Below, in pieces: positions 8,640 to 18,366 of a stretch of DNA of 27,949 nt. This stretch comes from Candidatus Acidiferrum typicum. Its GTDB lineage: Bacteria > Acidobacteriota > Terriglobia > Acidiferrales > UBA7541. Within the stretch, counting starts at the first letter, position 1. Each line of letters begins with the position of its first letter. The stretch spans positions 1 to 27,949 of the forward strand of contig JAOAPW010000501.1 in NCBI GenBank assembly GCA_025463105.1, given 5' to 3'. Below the pieces are notes generated by a model. It worked only from the letters and a program-made list of their open reading frames with translations. It did no database searches and was not told the DNA's origin. The position numbers were made by a program, and so were the translations under genes.

Positions 8640-9635
8640 TTATGGCTTTCTTCCCCGCGCGTTTATTCCATTGAAGCCTGTTCCGATGTAGACGTCGACG
8701 AGCCCTGCGTCCGCAAACCACTGGCGCACCGTCTCGATGGTTTGCGGGTGGTCGTGCTCGGGCGAAAACATATCGAGCGCGCTCAAGATTTTCACCTGCT
8801 TGAGTTCCTCATCGGTGAAATCGAGTTTCGGTTTGTGTGAGATAGGCCCAATCGGAATCAGGTTGCCGATCAGCTTGCCGATCAGCGGCACTTTATACAA
8901 AGCCTTCTTGAGCTCAAAGGCCGGCGGAATCACCCAGATGAGCACCTTGTGAACTCGCTGCGGACCCATCCAGGTGAGCCAGGGGCGGGCCCAGTATTTC
9001 AGCGGAGGGAATAAGCCTGTATGACGTTGGTAGCAATCAATAACGATTTCGCCGCCCGGACGAATACAGGGCACCAGGCTCATAAATGCCTTGCGCACGT
9101 CGGGACAATGCTGCAGCACGCCCATGCAGTAGACTTTATCGAACGATTCGCGGCGCAGCGGAATTTCATAAATGCTGGCCTGAAAGATGTTCACTCGGGA
9201 GGAGTCGCCATTGTTCTTGAAATTCGCTTCCACGGCGTTGCTTAAATCAAAGGAGAAAACTTCGGCGCCGGTCTCGAGCGCAATCTGCGTAAAGCGGCCC
9301 ATGCCGCAGCCGGCCTCCAGAATCCGCTGACCTTCCATTCGGGACGGCCATTGCGTGGTGACGAAGAAGCGTTCGCGGCTCAGATCGTTTCCCATGTGCC
9401 GGTCGAGCTGCAACTTGTCAAAACGGTTCCACTGGTAACCGAACGTCTGCGCGTATTCCTCACTGGGAACAAATCTGGGCATCGATCGAACGATGGGAAA
9501 TGAACGCGTGCAGGACGTGCAGACCAACTTCCCTTCGGCAATCGTGCCATTATTTCGCGCGGAGGAAGTTACTTCCAGGCGCAGCGGCGAGCCGCATTGC
9601 GTACACGCGAACCATTCCGTAAATTTAACGTCCAT
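8640..9635 (-). CDS. Class I SAM-dependent methyltransferase with N-terminal Trm112-like Zn-ribbon
   Basis: FACTQCG...LVCTSC..FPIVRSMPRF; motif I ILEAGCGMGRF; FDKVYCMGVLQH. Confidence 0.9.
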   Translation of the reverse strand: MDVKFTEWFACTQCGSPLRLEVTSSARNNGTIAEGKLVCTSCTRSFPIVRSMPRFVPSEEYAQTFGYQWNRFDKLQLDRHMGNDLSRERFFVTTQWPSRMEGQRILEAGCGMGRFTQIALETGAEVFSFDLSNAVEANFKNNGDSSRVNIFQASIYEIPLRRESFDKVYCMGVLQHCPDVRKAFMSLVPCIRPGGEIVIDCYQRHTGLFPPLKYWARPWLTWMGPQRVHKVLIWVIPPAFELKKALYKVPLIGKLIGNLIPIGPISHKPKLDFTDEELKQVKILSALDMFSPEHDHPQTIETVRQWFADAGLVDVYIGTGFNGINARGRKP

Positions 9636-9658
9636 CTTTCTAAGTTCACTCCCTGCAT

Positions 9659-10801
9659 TTATCTTATGTGCGCCACTTCCGTTTGTTTGGAGGCCGCACT
9701 GCCGATTGAGTCTTCAGCCGGTTTTCCCAAGGTATCGGCATAGCGGGTCGCAATTGCGCGCCAGGAAAAAAATTGGTCATACGCGCGGCGACTACGATCG
9801 GCAAGTGATGCCCACAGCGTTCCGTCGACGAGTACTCTCTCCAGCGCCGCGGCGAGCGCCTCGCGGTCACCTACGGGGACAGGAATAATTCCCGCCTCCG
9901 TAATAGGCCAGCCGGTGTCATGCCCCGCATAACACACCAGCGGCAACCCGCTTGCAATTCCGGCGATGGCGCTGCCTCGTCGACTGGAGATCTCGCTGCG
10001 CACAAATAGCATCACATCGGCGCGCGCCAGCATTCGACTGACTTCTTCTGGAGAAAGCACACCGAGAGTTTCGACTTCTATGCCTGTGCCGGAAAATTCC
10101 GACTGTAGCGCTGAATTCGCCTCCAGCGAGCCGCGGCCGAAAACTATAAGCCGCAGCGGCCCCACGGCAATTCTCGCGCGCTTCAAGGCAAAGCTGATGT
10201 TTTCCACCTCCGTTGCCATGCGCGGGCCGGAGGTCACGCAAAAAACCGCAACGGTCTTGGCTTCAGTCGATCGCGTGTGAGCGGCGACAGGCGTTTCCGG
10301 ACAATTCGCGCCAACCGGGATATAAACGGCTTTCTGGTGTGCGGCCGGCAACCAGAACACCTTTTCAAGAGGCACAGGAAAAATTGCGCGCTCCGCAATC
10401 GCATAAAGTTTTTTCAGGGCGTAAACGTGGCAATGCTCGCGTACGCGGGCAATTGCTCCCCGGCCGATGGCGGGCCCAAAATCATGAAAAACTACGCCGC
10501 AGCGCACGCCGCTTGTCCGCAAGACGGCAAGTATTCGCGGCGCCTGCAGTGGAAAACCCCGGCGGGACCATGCCAAGGTGGTGTATTGCAGTAGAACCCA
10601 GCGTCCGCGCCAAGCCTTGGCTTTCACACGCAAATCCGCAAGCGCGGCGTTCCAACCATGCTCCGCCCAGTCTAATCGGACCGTCTCCAGCTGATAGCCG
10701 AATTCTCCGAGGGCGCCGCCAAGCCATGCGCAGTAATCGGCCACGCCGTCGGTGGGCTCATCACGGCGGCCCAGGAGCGCCACGATGGGTTCCGGCTTCA
10801 T
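9659..10801 (-). CDS. Glycosyltransferase, GT-B/GT4-like
   Basis: DGVADY, VVFHD, IPVGAN, ADVML..SSRRGSAIAGIASGLP, PVGDREALAAAL. Confidence 0.85.
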   Translation of the reverse strand: MKPEPIVALLGRRDEPTDGVADYCAWLGGALGEFGYQLETVRLDWAEHGWNAALADLRVKAKAWRGRWVLLQYTTLAWSRRGFPLQAPRILAVLRTSGVRCGVVFHDFGPAIGRGAIARVREHCHVYALKKLYAIAERAIFPVPLEKVFWLPAAHQKAVYIPVGANCPETPVAAHTRSTEAKTVAVFCVTSGPRMATEVENISFALKRARIAVGPLRLIVFGRGSLEANSALQSEFSGTGIEVETLGVLSPEEVSRMLARADVMLFVRSEISSRRGSAIAGIASGLPLVCYAGHDTGWPITEAGIIPVPVGDREALAAALERVLVDGTLWASLADRSRRAYDQFFSWRAIATRYADTLGKPAEDSIGSAASKQTEVAHIR

Positions 10802-10831
10802 TTCGCCACCAACTGCGGCGCCACGGCCATT

Positions 10832-12505
10832 TTATTTCTCCACCAGATAGCTACCGATGACCAGTGCGTCCATTCCGGAACTGAAAAATGTGCGCACGGC
10901 ATCTGTCGGCGTATTGACAATCGCTTCGCCGCGCAAATTGAACGACGTATTCATGACCACGGGAACACCGGTTCGCTTCCCGAACTCGTTAATCAGATTC
11001 CAATACAATGGATTGATGTCTTTTTCGACGGTTTGCGGCCGGGCGCTGCCGTCCACATGGGTTACCGAGGGAATGATGTCGCGCTTCTCCGGTCTCACGG
11101 GATTGGTGAGGATCATGAACGGAGAATCACAGGCGTGTTCTAGATATTCGCCCGCCACTTCCTTGAGCATGGAAGGCGCGAACGGGCGCCACCATTCGCG
11201 AAACTTAACCGCGTTGTTTACTTTTGCATTCATTTCGGGATCGCGCGGGTCGGCCAGGATCGAGCGGCCTCCCAAGGCGCGCGGGCCGAACTCCATGCGG
11301 CCTTGAAACCAGCCAATAATTTTCCCGGAGGCCAGCAAATCGGCGGTGGTTGTGGCTACATTCTCCAATTTTACGGCGCGAAGTTTGTAAGTTCGCAGCG
11401 CCTTTTCAATTTCCGCATCGGAAAATTCCGGGCCGAGGTAAGCGTGGCGAAGAGGCCGCATCGGCAGGCGGCCGCCGTTGTCCAGGTAGGGAGCGAGCAC
11501 CGCGCCCAGAGCCACGCCATCGTCCGAGGCCGCAGGTTGAACGAAAATATTGTCGACCATGCCCGACGCTTGGATTTTTCCATTGGCTTTGGAGTTGAGC
11601 GCAACTCCGCCGGCGAGGCATACGTTGCGGCAATTCGTTTTTTGCGTCGCGAGTTTCACCAGCGCCAGCATGGCCACTTCGCAGGCGTCCTGCACTGCGA
11701 ACGCGACATTTTTGAAACTTTCGTCTATCTCACTTTCGGGCCTGCGTTCCGGGCCCAGGCGTTTGGCAATCGCCGAGGTGCCATTGCTCCGATCGAGCAG
11801 CAATTGTGAGTTGACGCGATACGATTCATGGTTGAGCGAAATAAATTCGTTCAGGTTAACGCCCGGAGTTCCGTACGGGGCCAAGCCCATCACTTTCCAT
11901 TCGTCGCTGTTGGGCACAAAGCCGAGATACTGCGTAAACTGCGCGTAGAAAAGACCCAGCGAATTCGGCCACGGAATCGTAAGCACGTGATCGAGACGCC
12001 CGCCATGGCCGTACCAGATGGAGCTCGCTTCCCAGGCGCCGCGTCCATCCATTACAACGACGGCAGCATTGTCGAGTCCGGAATAAGAATACGCGCTGAT
12101 GGCGTGCGCCAGATGATGATCCACGAAACGCATTTTGGCGCGCGTCTGGCCGAAGTAATTCGCAAAAGGGCGAAATCCTCCGTCCTGGTGCGTCATGCTG
12201 CCGTACAGCCGCGCTGAATTCAGCACATTCGAATAGGTCACCGGATATCGGCCTCCCAAAAAACACTTTAGATCCGTGGCAAACATTCTGCGCGGAGCGG
12301 GCCATCCCTGGCAGATGAAATCGAGCTGGTTGGCGGGAACCTTCGCGAAGTCCAGGCAAGCGCGGATCGCGAGTCGCGGAAAACTGGCATCATGCTTGAT
12401 CCTGCTGATGCGCTCCTCGGCCACGGCAAAAAGTAGCTCGCCGTCACGCGCGATGCATGCGGAAGAATCGTGCATCTGCGAATAGTTGAAACCAAGTGTG
12501 ATCAT
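10832..12505 (-). CDS. O-carbamoyltransferase (NodU/CmcH/TobZ family)
   Basis: HDSSAC..AVAEER..RIKH, DHHLAHA, DGRG, LAGGVALNSKANG, QPAASDDG, GRMEFGPRALGGRSILADPR, KFREWWRPFAP, HVDGSARPQTV, NTSFN. Confidence 0.95.
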   Translation of the reverse strand: MITLGFNYSQMHDSSACIARDGELLFAVAEERISRIKHDASFPRLAIRACLDFAKVPANQLDFICQGWPAPRRMFATDLKCFLGGRYPVTYSNVLNSARLYGSMTHQDGGFRPFANYFGQTRAKMRFVDHHLAHAISAYSYSGLDNAAVVVMDGRGAWEASSIWYGHGGRLDHVLTIPWPNSLGLFYAQFTQYLGFVPNSDEWKVMGLAPYGTPGVNLNEFISLNHESYRVNSQLLLDRSNGTSAIAKRLGPERRPESEIDESFKNVAFAVQDACEVAMLALVKLATQKTNCRNVCLAGGVALNSKANGKIQASGMVDNIFVQPAASDDGVALGAVLAPYLDNGGRLPMRPLRHAYLGPEFSDAEIEKALRTYKLRAVKLENVATTTADLLASGKIIGWFQGRMEFGPRALGGRSILADPRDPEMNAKVNNAVKFREWWRPFAPSMLKEVAGEYLEHACDSPFMILTNPVRPEKRDIIPSVTHVDGSARPQTVEKDINPLYWNLINEFGKRTGVPVVMNTSFNLRGEAIVNTPTDAVRTFFSSGMDALVIGSYLVEK

Positions 12506-13011
12506 CTACGCGCGTCTGCTTCCTGGTCGCGGATTCGATTGAAGTAAATCAAACCGAGAACCATCAAGAAAACTCCTCGCCGACTCCCCTTCCTTCGGAA
12601 ATGCGCAAACTCGAATCACTGACATGGTGAATCTCAGCGCCGCTCCTCGCAGAACATACTTTAACCTCTCCGGCAGAATTCAAGAAGGAGCGCGAGCGCA
12701 AGATTACGAGCAAAGCACCCAGAAGTACGAAAAACAGCAGAACGCCCACCCCTATCACCTCGCGCGCCGCGAGGATTAGAGGCCTTCTGGAACCTCTCCA
12801 ACGCTTCCAGTTAGAATGACGCGCACAACGTGCACGACATGCACAGATGCTTGCCTAACGGAACATAACGGTCGGGCTGTTCGCGATAGCTGTATCTATG
12901 TCACTCTAGCTGCCCCGCTCCTCTCTTCCTCGGTTTCTCGGGTTTCTCGTGCCTTTCGGAGTTCAATACAGTCATCGCAGTGCGGGTCTCCAGCATCATG
13001 GGACAGTATAT

Positions 13012-13254
13012 TCCGTGACCGAGCGGATTGCGCGATTAGCCAACGGATTTCCGCATTATGCTCACTCCCTTGGACTGTATGCCGCATTCAATGCAATCGA
13101 ATCAGGTAGGACAAACGTGATAGACGATGATGTTCTTGAAGCGACAAAAACCGCGGTGCAAAAATCGCACTCCCTGTATAGCGACTACCGTAAGCAACGA
13201 TTAGTCCGCGAAGGCAGACTATATTCGCCAAAGTTCCTCGCGCGTGTGCGTTAG
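13012..13254 (+). pseudogene. Fragment of an AAA+/P-loop ATPase (lid region only)
   Basis: ERIARLANGFPHYAHSLGLYAAFNAIESGRTNVIDDDVLEA resembles the post-Walker-B helical lid of STAND/Cdc6-like ATPases. No Walker A/B and no credible start upstream. Confidence 0.55.
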
Positions 13255-13582
13255 CCGAAGTGGACGAACGTGGATATTTTCCGGCGGCGGCCGTCAGCTT
13301 GCCAATGTGCAGGATGATGGGCAAAAAGTACTATATCCCGAATTTTTCTAGAAGCCATCATAAGTTCTAGACATCTGTTCGATTTCTGTGAACCAAGCCG
13401 CGGTTCAGTTCTGAAAAGGATCGGGAAACCTAGACGAATTCGCTTTCGTTTTGTTAATCCGATGATGCAGCCTTTTGTGATCATTCATGATTACTCGAAT
13501 GGGAATTTAACGAATGAGTTTTTCGAAGAGACAAGGGCTGCGCTGAATATGGCCCAATGAACCAACCCGGAGGACTTGAGAA

Positions 13583-14104
13583 ATGAATATCTCCATTAAG
13601 GCAATCCACGACGCTCCTGTTCTACCCGACGCAGGCAGTCCAAAACGTGCATCATTGCTGCCAAAGATTCTTGATCGCCTAGAAGATCCAAACGCTGCCG
13701 TAGCCGAAAAAATCCATCTGATCGCAATCGAAATTGCCGGCATTGCCCAAGGGATGCAGAGAAACGAAGAAATTGGCACCCCGGGGTCACAATCGAAGTC
13801 CCCTGTGGAACAGGTGAAGGTCCTTCGACTACTTTCCAGAACGCTGGTCGAGTCCTATGTCCCCGACACTCGCGACGCCTTAGACATGAATGGGCCGAAA
13901 TTCCATTTTGTTTTCTCTAAGATTCTCGACTGTTTCAAGGACGCTCTAATGCAGGCAACACAAAAACCCCTAAAAGATGCTCTTAACCGAAGCATACTTA
14001 AGGAATTTGCCGATCTTATCAGAGAGCGCCAGGCAGATATTCAACGTGAGGTTGACAAGCCCGAGTTTTCGTACGATGTCGAGCGAGACGTTCCGCACCG
14101 TTGA
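13583..14104 (+). CDS. Hypothetical helical protein (173 aa), possibly phage/MGE-derived
   Basis: GGAGG upstream of ATG; protein-like charged helical composition; no family recognised. Confidence 0.65.
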   Translation: MNISIKAIHDAPVLPDAGSPKRASLLPKILDRLEDPNAAVAEKIHLIAIEIAGIAQGMQRNEEIGTPGSQSKSPVEQVKVLRLLSRTLVESYVPDTRDALDMNGPKFHFVFSKILDCFKDALMQATQKPLKDALNRSILKEFADLIRERQADIQREVDKPEFSYDVERDVPHR

Positions 14105-14515
14105 TCGGCCCTCCTTTTTTGTACCATTCTAGGTTGTGTGCCTACTGCGAGCGGTCAACAAGATTCTCAATGGTCTTCATGGGATAGAAGAGGCGATTTG
14201 GTTGCGTCGGAAGGCATGAAATCGTTATTTCTCCGGCCCGCATACGAGGTCGCTTGTCATGAGGCTGCGCGGCCGCGCTCGTCGGATCGGAGAGTCTCCT
14301 TGGCTCCTCCGGTCCTGGACTTTCGATTCACATGCTGAATCCCGCTAAGGAGAACTTTGCCGCGTCGTTGCCAATCATTGATGACTACGCCGTAGAGTGG
14401 CGGGACTCGGATAAACTGAATAGTGTGTCCAGCGTCAGATACATGAGACGATGCGAACGACTCCAGCAATTCCGCCTGGTTGCTGGATCTGATTCACCTA
14501 GATCATGAGGAGACT

Positions 14516-14745
14516 ATGTTAAAAACGAAGCCAGCCGTTCTTCTTGTCCTCGCGTTGGCTACATTGGCCACCGCCGCTTCCGCTTCTAAGGCACTCACGG
14601 CGTCGTTTAATGAAAAGGAACCTCACAATCGCGACGGCGCTGGCAGACGATCCATGGTGTGGCGACGCACCTTCTAACGATCCGGTCGCAATACATCGCC
14701 GTCGTTTCCGAGGGCGTAAACTCGATCGTCGAGGAGCAAAAATAA
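14516..14745 (+). pseudogene. Small secreted protein, probably frameshifted, coupled to the 1013-aa gene
   Basis: GAGGAG then ATG 14516; signal peptide MLKTKPAVLLVLALATLATAASA. The frame stops at 14677, but the -1 frame continues (..TIHGVATHLLTIRSQYIAVVSEGVNSIVEEQK) to TAA 14743-14745, directly abutting ATG 14746. Confidence 0.4.
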
Positions 14746-17700
14746 ATGTTTAAGAAACTCGGCTCTCTGTTCTTGGCGTTCTTGCTGCTCGTGGCATCCA
14801 CTTATCCACAGGGCGCGACGTCGAAGATTCGCTCGGCAGCGTCGCTCCCGGCGACGTGCACTTCGAGCAGCGCGAACGTCGCGGCGGACATTATCGTCGT
14901 CAGTTCCGTGTTCTATAAGTGCGGTCCAGCGGCGAACACCTGGTCTCGCCTCGACGGACAGGACGCGGTGAACGTGTGGTCCGCGAGCCAGCGCTTCAAG
15001 GGTCCGACCCCGTTCACGGACATTACCGGCTACGGGGCACGGGCGGTTAATTCCCTCCCGCAGACGAGGGCCACCATTTCGGCGGGTAGCCACAACGCCT
15101 CGCTCGCCTCCCCTAGTACGCTTCAAAACGGCGATGGTTTCACGATCCAGGGGGCGGGCTCGACGAACACGATGGCGACGCCGGGGGCACCGACCGTCAC
15201 GCCGAGCATCGCATCCGCTGGAACGACTACCGGGCTCGTCGTCAGCACCGCTGCGGCTTCCACGACGTACTCCTACAAATGCATGGTGCGGGACAAGCTC
15301 GGAGCGCTGACCGCCGCCGGACCTGCGACCTTGACGACCACGGGGCAGGCGACGCTCGGGGTGCAGACCGCGACCATAACAACCGCCACCCTCTCGAAGG
15401 ACGTGATTACGTTCAATACGTCCACAACCACACCCATTAGGGTCGATTCGCGTGTTGATGTCACCGGGACTTCCGTTTCTGACTTCGATGGCCGATACAT
15501 TGTTGCGACGGTGGGCTCCGGCACATTCACGGTAAAGAATGTCGGAATTGATAGCCGGGGCATTGGCTGGAAGGCAAGCCAGTACGCCTCATCGTCCGGC
15601 GGGACGGTCACCTATATCGTTAGCAATCACGTCGTCTGTCCGCAAGTAATGGGTGCGTGGGAATACTTCCTCTATGGCGGCCCAGGTGTTGCGACGTTCA
15701 ACCTGATCGGGCAGTCGCGCGTGAACGGGGACACGTGGGTCGAAACGTTCATCGACGACTACGGTCCGACTTACATGGCGAACCAGCTCTTCCCGTCCTA
15801 CGTGCCCACCACCGCCCCTTCCGTGGCAACTAACGATCCGTTAACGACTACCATCGTCTCAGGTGGCGGCACAACTTCGCTCGTGCTGGAGGCCGCCGCA
15901 GCGAATTCCGTGACAGGTGCGACCGCCCTCTTCGACGACGGACCGGCCATCCTGGCGGCGGCCACGACGGCGGCGGCCAATCGAAGCACCCTGTTCATCC
16001 CGCCGAGTGGCTTCAGTTCCTATTGGATAAACTCTTTTCTGCTTCTTCCGAACACATTGAACGTGCGGCAGATCGGCAACGTGATTGAAAGCGAAACGAT
16101 GGAGTTGCAGGACTCGACGACCTGGAGCGGAGACTGGAGCGCGAACGGCACTGCCCAGTTCGGGACGTCCAGCAATGTATTCTTCAACACAACCGCGAAT
16201 CCCGGAATCTACACCAACGGACTCACGCTAAATTTCTCCAACATAGGATTCGCCACGTCCGCGACCAACGGCGGAACGCTCCTCGTGATGAACAATGTCT
16301 ACCAGGGATCGTTCGACAACGTGACGCTCTACACGGGCCGCGGGGGCGCGGCAGGGGACTACCTCAGCGCACCGCTCGTGCTGCATTCCTACAACGCGGG
16401 CGGAAACAACTTCCACTTCAGCCGCACACTTTTCACGTCAGGTCCCTCTCAGACACAGACGTCATGGACGCCGATTTTCCACATGCCCACCAACCAAGAT
16501 GGCTCAGGCAATCCTACGGGCGGGTCTTACTTTGTAACATGCGAGGGTTGCTTCTTCAATCGTCGAGGTATCGAGGTTGACAGATCGGGGCAAATCTTTA
16601 ATTTCTACGGGGGCGGCTATCGACAGGGCGGGATTACCCCGTTCTTCACCTTTGTGAACAACAACGGCTTCAGCACAATCGACATTCTCCTCAACGACTT
16701 CGAACAGGATACTGAGACAGCCGGAACCGTCGCGCTGTGGTCATTGAATGGCGCTTTCGCTAACGCGAACATAAACATGATCTCAGTCAACAACGCCACT
16801 CAGGACGTTAATGGTATCCCACCGCCGTTCACCGGCAATCGTCCGGGGATGGTCTGGAACTTCGGTGGTTCGATGGGAACACTGCCGACCCGTGGTACGG
16901 TTAACAATTTCTCCGGGACTAGCCGAACCTACCCGTACAGCTTGAGCACATTGGTAAGTCCTGCCCAAGAAACGCACTTTCAACTCTTCGAGCCGACCGA
17001 CTTTCCCGCAGGGCATCCGCTGTTTTGGGACTTGGGCCAGCCGTCCAACATCTCAGCGGGCGCGGCGACGGCGGGAGGGTCGCTCACAGCGAGTACGACG
17101 TATTTTTACCTAGTAACGGCGGTAGGCGTAGATGGCGGGGAGACCACATCGTACGCGACACCCTCTTCATCCGCTACAACCACAACCAACAAAACAATCC
17201 ACGTCACGTGGACAGGGGTTGCGGGAGCATTAGGTTACAACGTCTATCACTGTTATGCCAACTGCACCCTACCGGATGGCCGCCCCAGGACAGGCAACTA
17301 CTATTTTGTCGCCAACACTTCCGGCGCCTCGTACAGCGACACGTTCAACGGGAATCCTATTCAGCCGCCCGGTACGACCGGAACCGGATTGGTCGGGTTG
17401 AATGCGACCGAAATCTACTCGCCGCGGTACATCACGACGAGCCCGCTCGTCAGCGGCGTCAGCCATACGGCGACCGACACTGCGCCGATCACGGCGGACC
17501 ATCTCTACAAAAAGCCGGACATGGATGGGACGTACGCGCTCGACCTGAGCGGCACGACCAGCACGATCATCGGGACGGCGCTCACAGCCACGTGCGATTC
17601 CGGGACGGTGGCGATCGCAGGAGCTGTCGCCGGGATGCCAGTCCACGTGAGCACGACGGATGGAACGGACCTCGGCGGCGCGTTTAACGTTCGAGCCTCG

Positions 17701-17787
17701 GTCACGACCAACGGAACGGTGACGATTTACGTGTGCGGCACCGGGACGCCACCGACGAAGGCGTACAACGTCCGCGTGATCAAGTAA
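14746..17787 (+). CDS. Secreted 1013-aa Thr/Gly/Ala-rich protein with tailspike/pectate-lyase-3-like beta-helix and FN3-like modules
   Basis: Signal peptide MFKKLGSLFLAFLLLVAS; TDITGYGA; DDGPAILAAA..TLFIPP..YWINS; Asn/Gly/Phe-rich beta-helix-like stretch; TTYFYLVTAV..VTWTGVAGALGYNVY; tail-fibre-like C-terminus ending YNVRVIK; GAGGAG SD. Confidence 0.8.
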   Translation: MFKKLGSLFLAFLLLVASTYPQGATSKIRSAASLPATCTSSSANVAADIIVVSSVFYKCGPAANTWSRLDGQDAVNVWSASQRFKGPTPFTDITGYGARAVNSLPQTRATISAGSHNASLASPSTLQNGDGFTIQGAGSTNTMATPGAPTVTPSIASAGTTTGLVVSTAAASTTYSYKCMVRDKLGALTAAGPATLTTTGQATLGVQTATITTATLSKDVITFNTSTTTPIRVDSRVDVTGTSVSDFDGRYIVATVGSGTFTVKNVGIDSRGIGWKASQYASSSGGTVTYIVSNHVVCPQVMGAWEYFLYGGPGVATFNLIGQSRVNGDTWVETFIDDYGPTYMANQLFPSYVPTTAPSVATNDPLTTTIVSGGGTTSLVLEAAAANSVTGATALFDDGPAILAAATTAAANRSTLFIPPSGFSSYWINSFLLLPNTLNVRQIGNVIESETMELQDSTTWSGDWSANGTAQFGTSSNVFFNTTANPGIYTNGLTLNFSNIGFATSATNGGTLLVMNNVYQGSFDNVTLYTGRGGAAGDYLSAPLVLHSYNAGGNNFHFSRTLFTSGPSQTQTSWTPIFHMPTNQDGSGNPTGGSYFVTCEGCFFNRRGIEVDRSGQIFNFYGGGYRQGGITPFFTFVNNNGFSTIDILLNDFEQDTETAGTVALWSLNGAFANANINMISVNNATQDVNGIPPPFTGNRPGMVWNFGGSMGTLPTRGTVNNFSGTSRTYPYSLSTLVSPAQETHFQLFEPTDFPAGHPLFWDLGQPSNISAGAATAGGSLTASTTYFYLVTAVGVDGGETTSYATPSSSATTTTNKTIHVTWTGVAGALGYNVYHCYANCTLPDGRPRTGNYYFVANTSGASYSDTFNGNPIQPPGTTGTGLVGLNATEIYSPRYITTSPLVSGVSHTATDTAPITADHLYKKPDMDGTYALDLSGTTSTIIGTALTATCDSGTVAIAGAVAGMPVHVSTTDGTDLGGAFNVRASVTTNGTVTIYVCGTGTPPTKAYNVRVIK

Positions 17788-18254
17788 AAAGGAGAACTAG
17801 AAACAGAGTTCGGCCAGAAGACCGCACCCGAGGCAACTGAGCAAGCTAGCTTCGCTGCGCGCGCGGTTCTCAGGGCGGTTGGCAGGTCCGGCGCTGGACC
17901 TCCTGCACGGGAGCACCAACCAGTTGGGATTCCCGGTCGACGCTTTTCGTGGATCGCAGCTATTACAACATCCTGTGAGTTCAAATTTTGAATGGACGGC
18001 CAGCTTTTTGTAGAGTGTACTGTGAGAACTCGGACGATTGCAGGGCATAGTGCGTTTATCGCTTTGTGTGCCAGTGTTACCATTTGCTTTCTGATTGGTT
18101 GTGAACAGAGTTGACAAACGCCAAGGCAAGCGAGCGGGGTAGATGAATGCAAATCCCATGCAATCTTTAACGCAGGTAGTCTTACGAGTGAGAATATCCT
18201 ATGAAGTCAAGAACATCTCTTCGAAATCCGATACGTCATCGCTGAAATCAACAG

Positions 18255-18366
18255 TTCAGAAATATATGGGGCCAATGCTTTCCTAAGCGAGCGCAAACAA
18301 GAATTCGCCCGACTCATGAAAGCGGAAGGGTCCTGCATCTGCGAATAGTTGGACCCAAGGCATCAC
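18255..18366 (-). pseudogene. Decayed 5' end of a second carbamoyltransferase copy
   Basis: 24/26 nt identity between 18334-18359 and 12471-12496. Reads LGSNYSQMQDPSAFM / GEFLFALA*ESI versus intact LGFNYSQMHDSSACI / GELLFAVAEERI. A GTG overlaps the upstream gene's TGA. Confidence 0.85.

Noticed and set aside
12506-12758. Hydrophobic ORF 12564-12758 and a short frame ending in an ATGA overlap with the carbamoyltransferase; faint similarity to the 3' end of the 18363 methyltransferase
   Set aside because: Several stops, no identifiable family, and the similarity is within chance range; probably a gene remnant but not assignable
17110-17130. GGCGGTAG (ops/JUMPstart core) here and on the minus strand near 6030
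   Set aside because: Both lie deep inside coding sequence, not in an operon leader
18022-18348. Plus-strand frame with a lipobox-like LIGC and only two internal stops, suggesting a lipoprotein pseudogene
   Set aside because: It overlaps the antisense of the decayed carbamoyltransferase copy, which explains the open frame better
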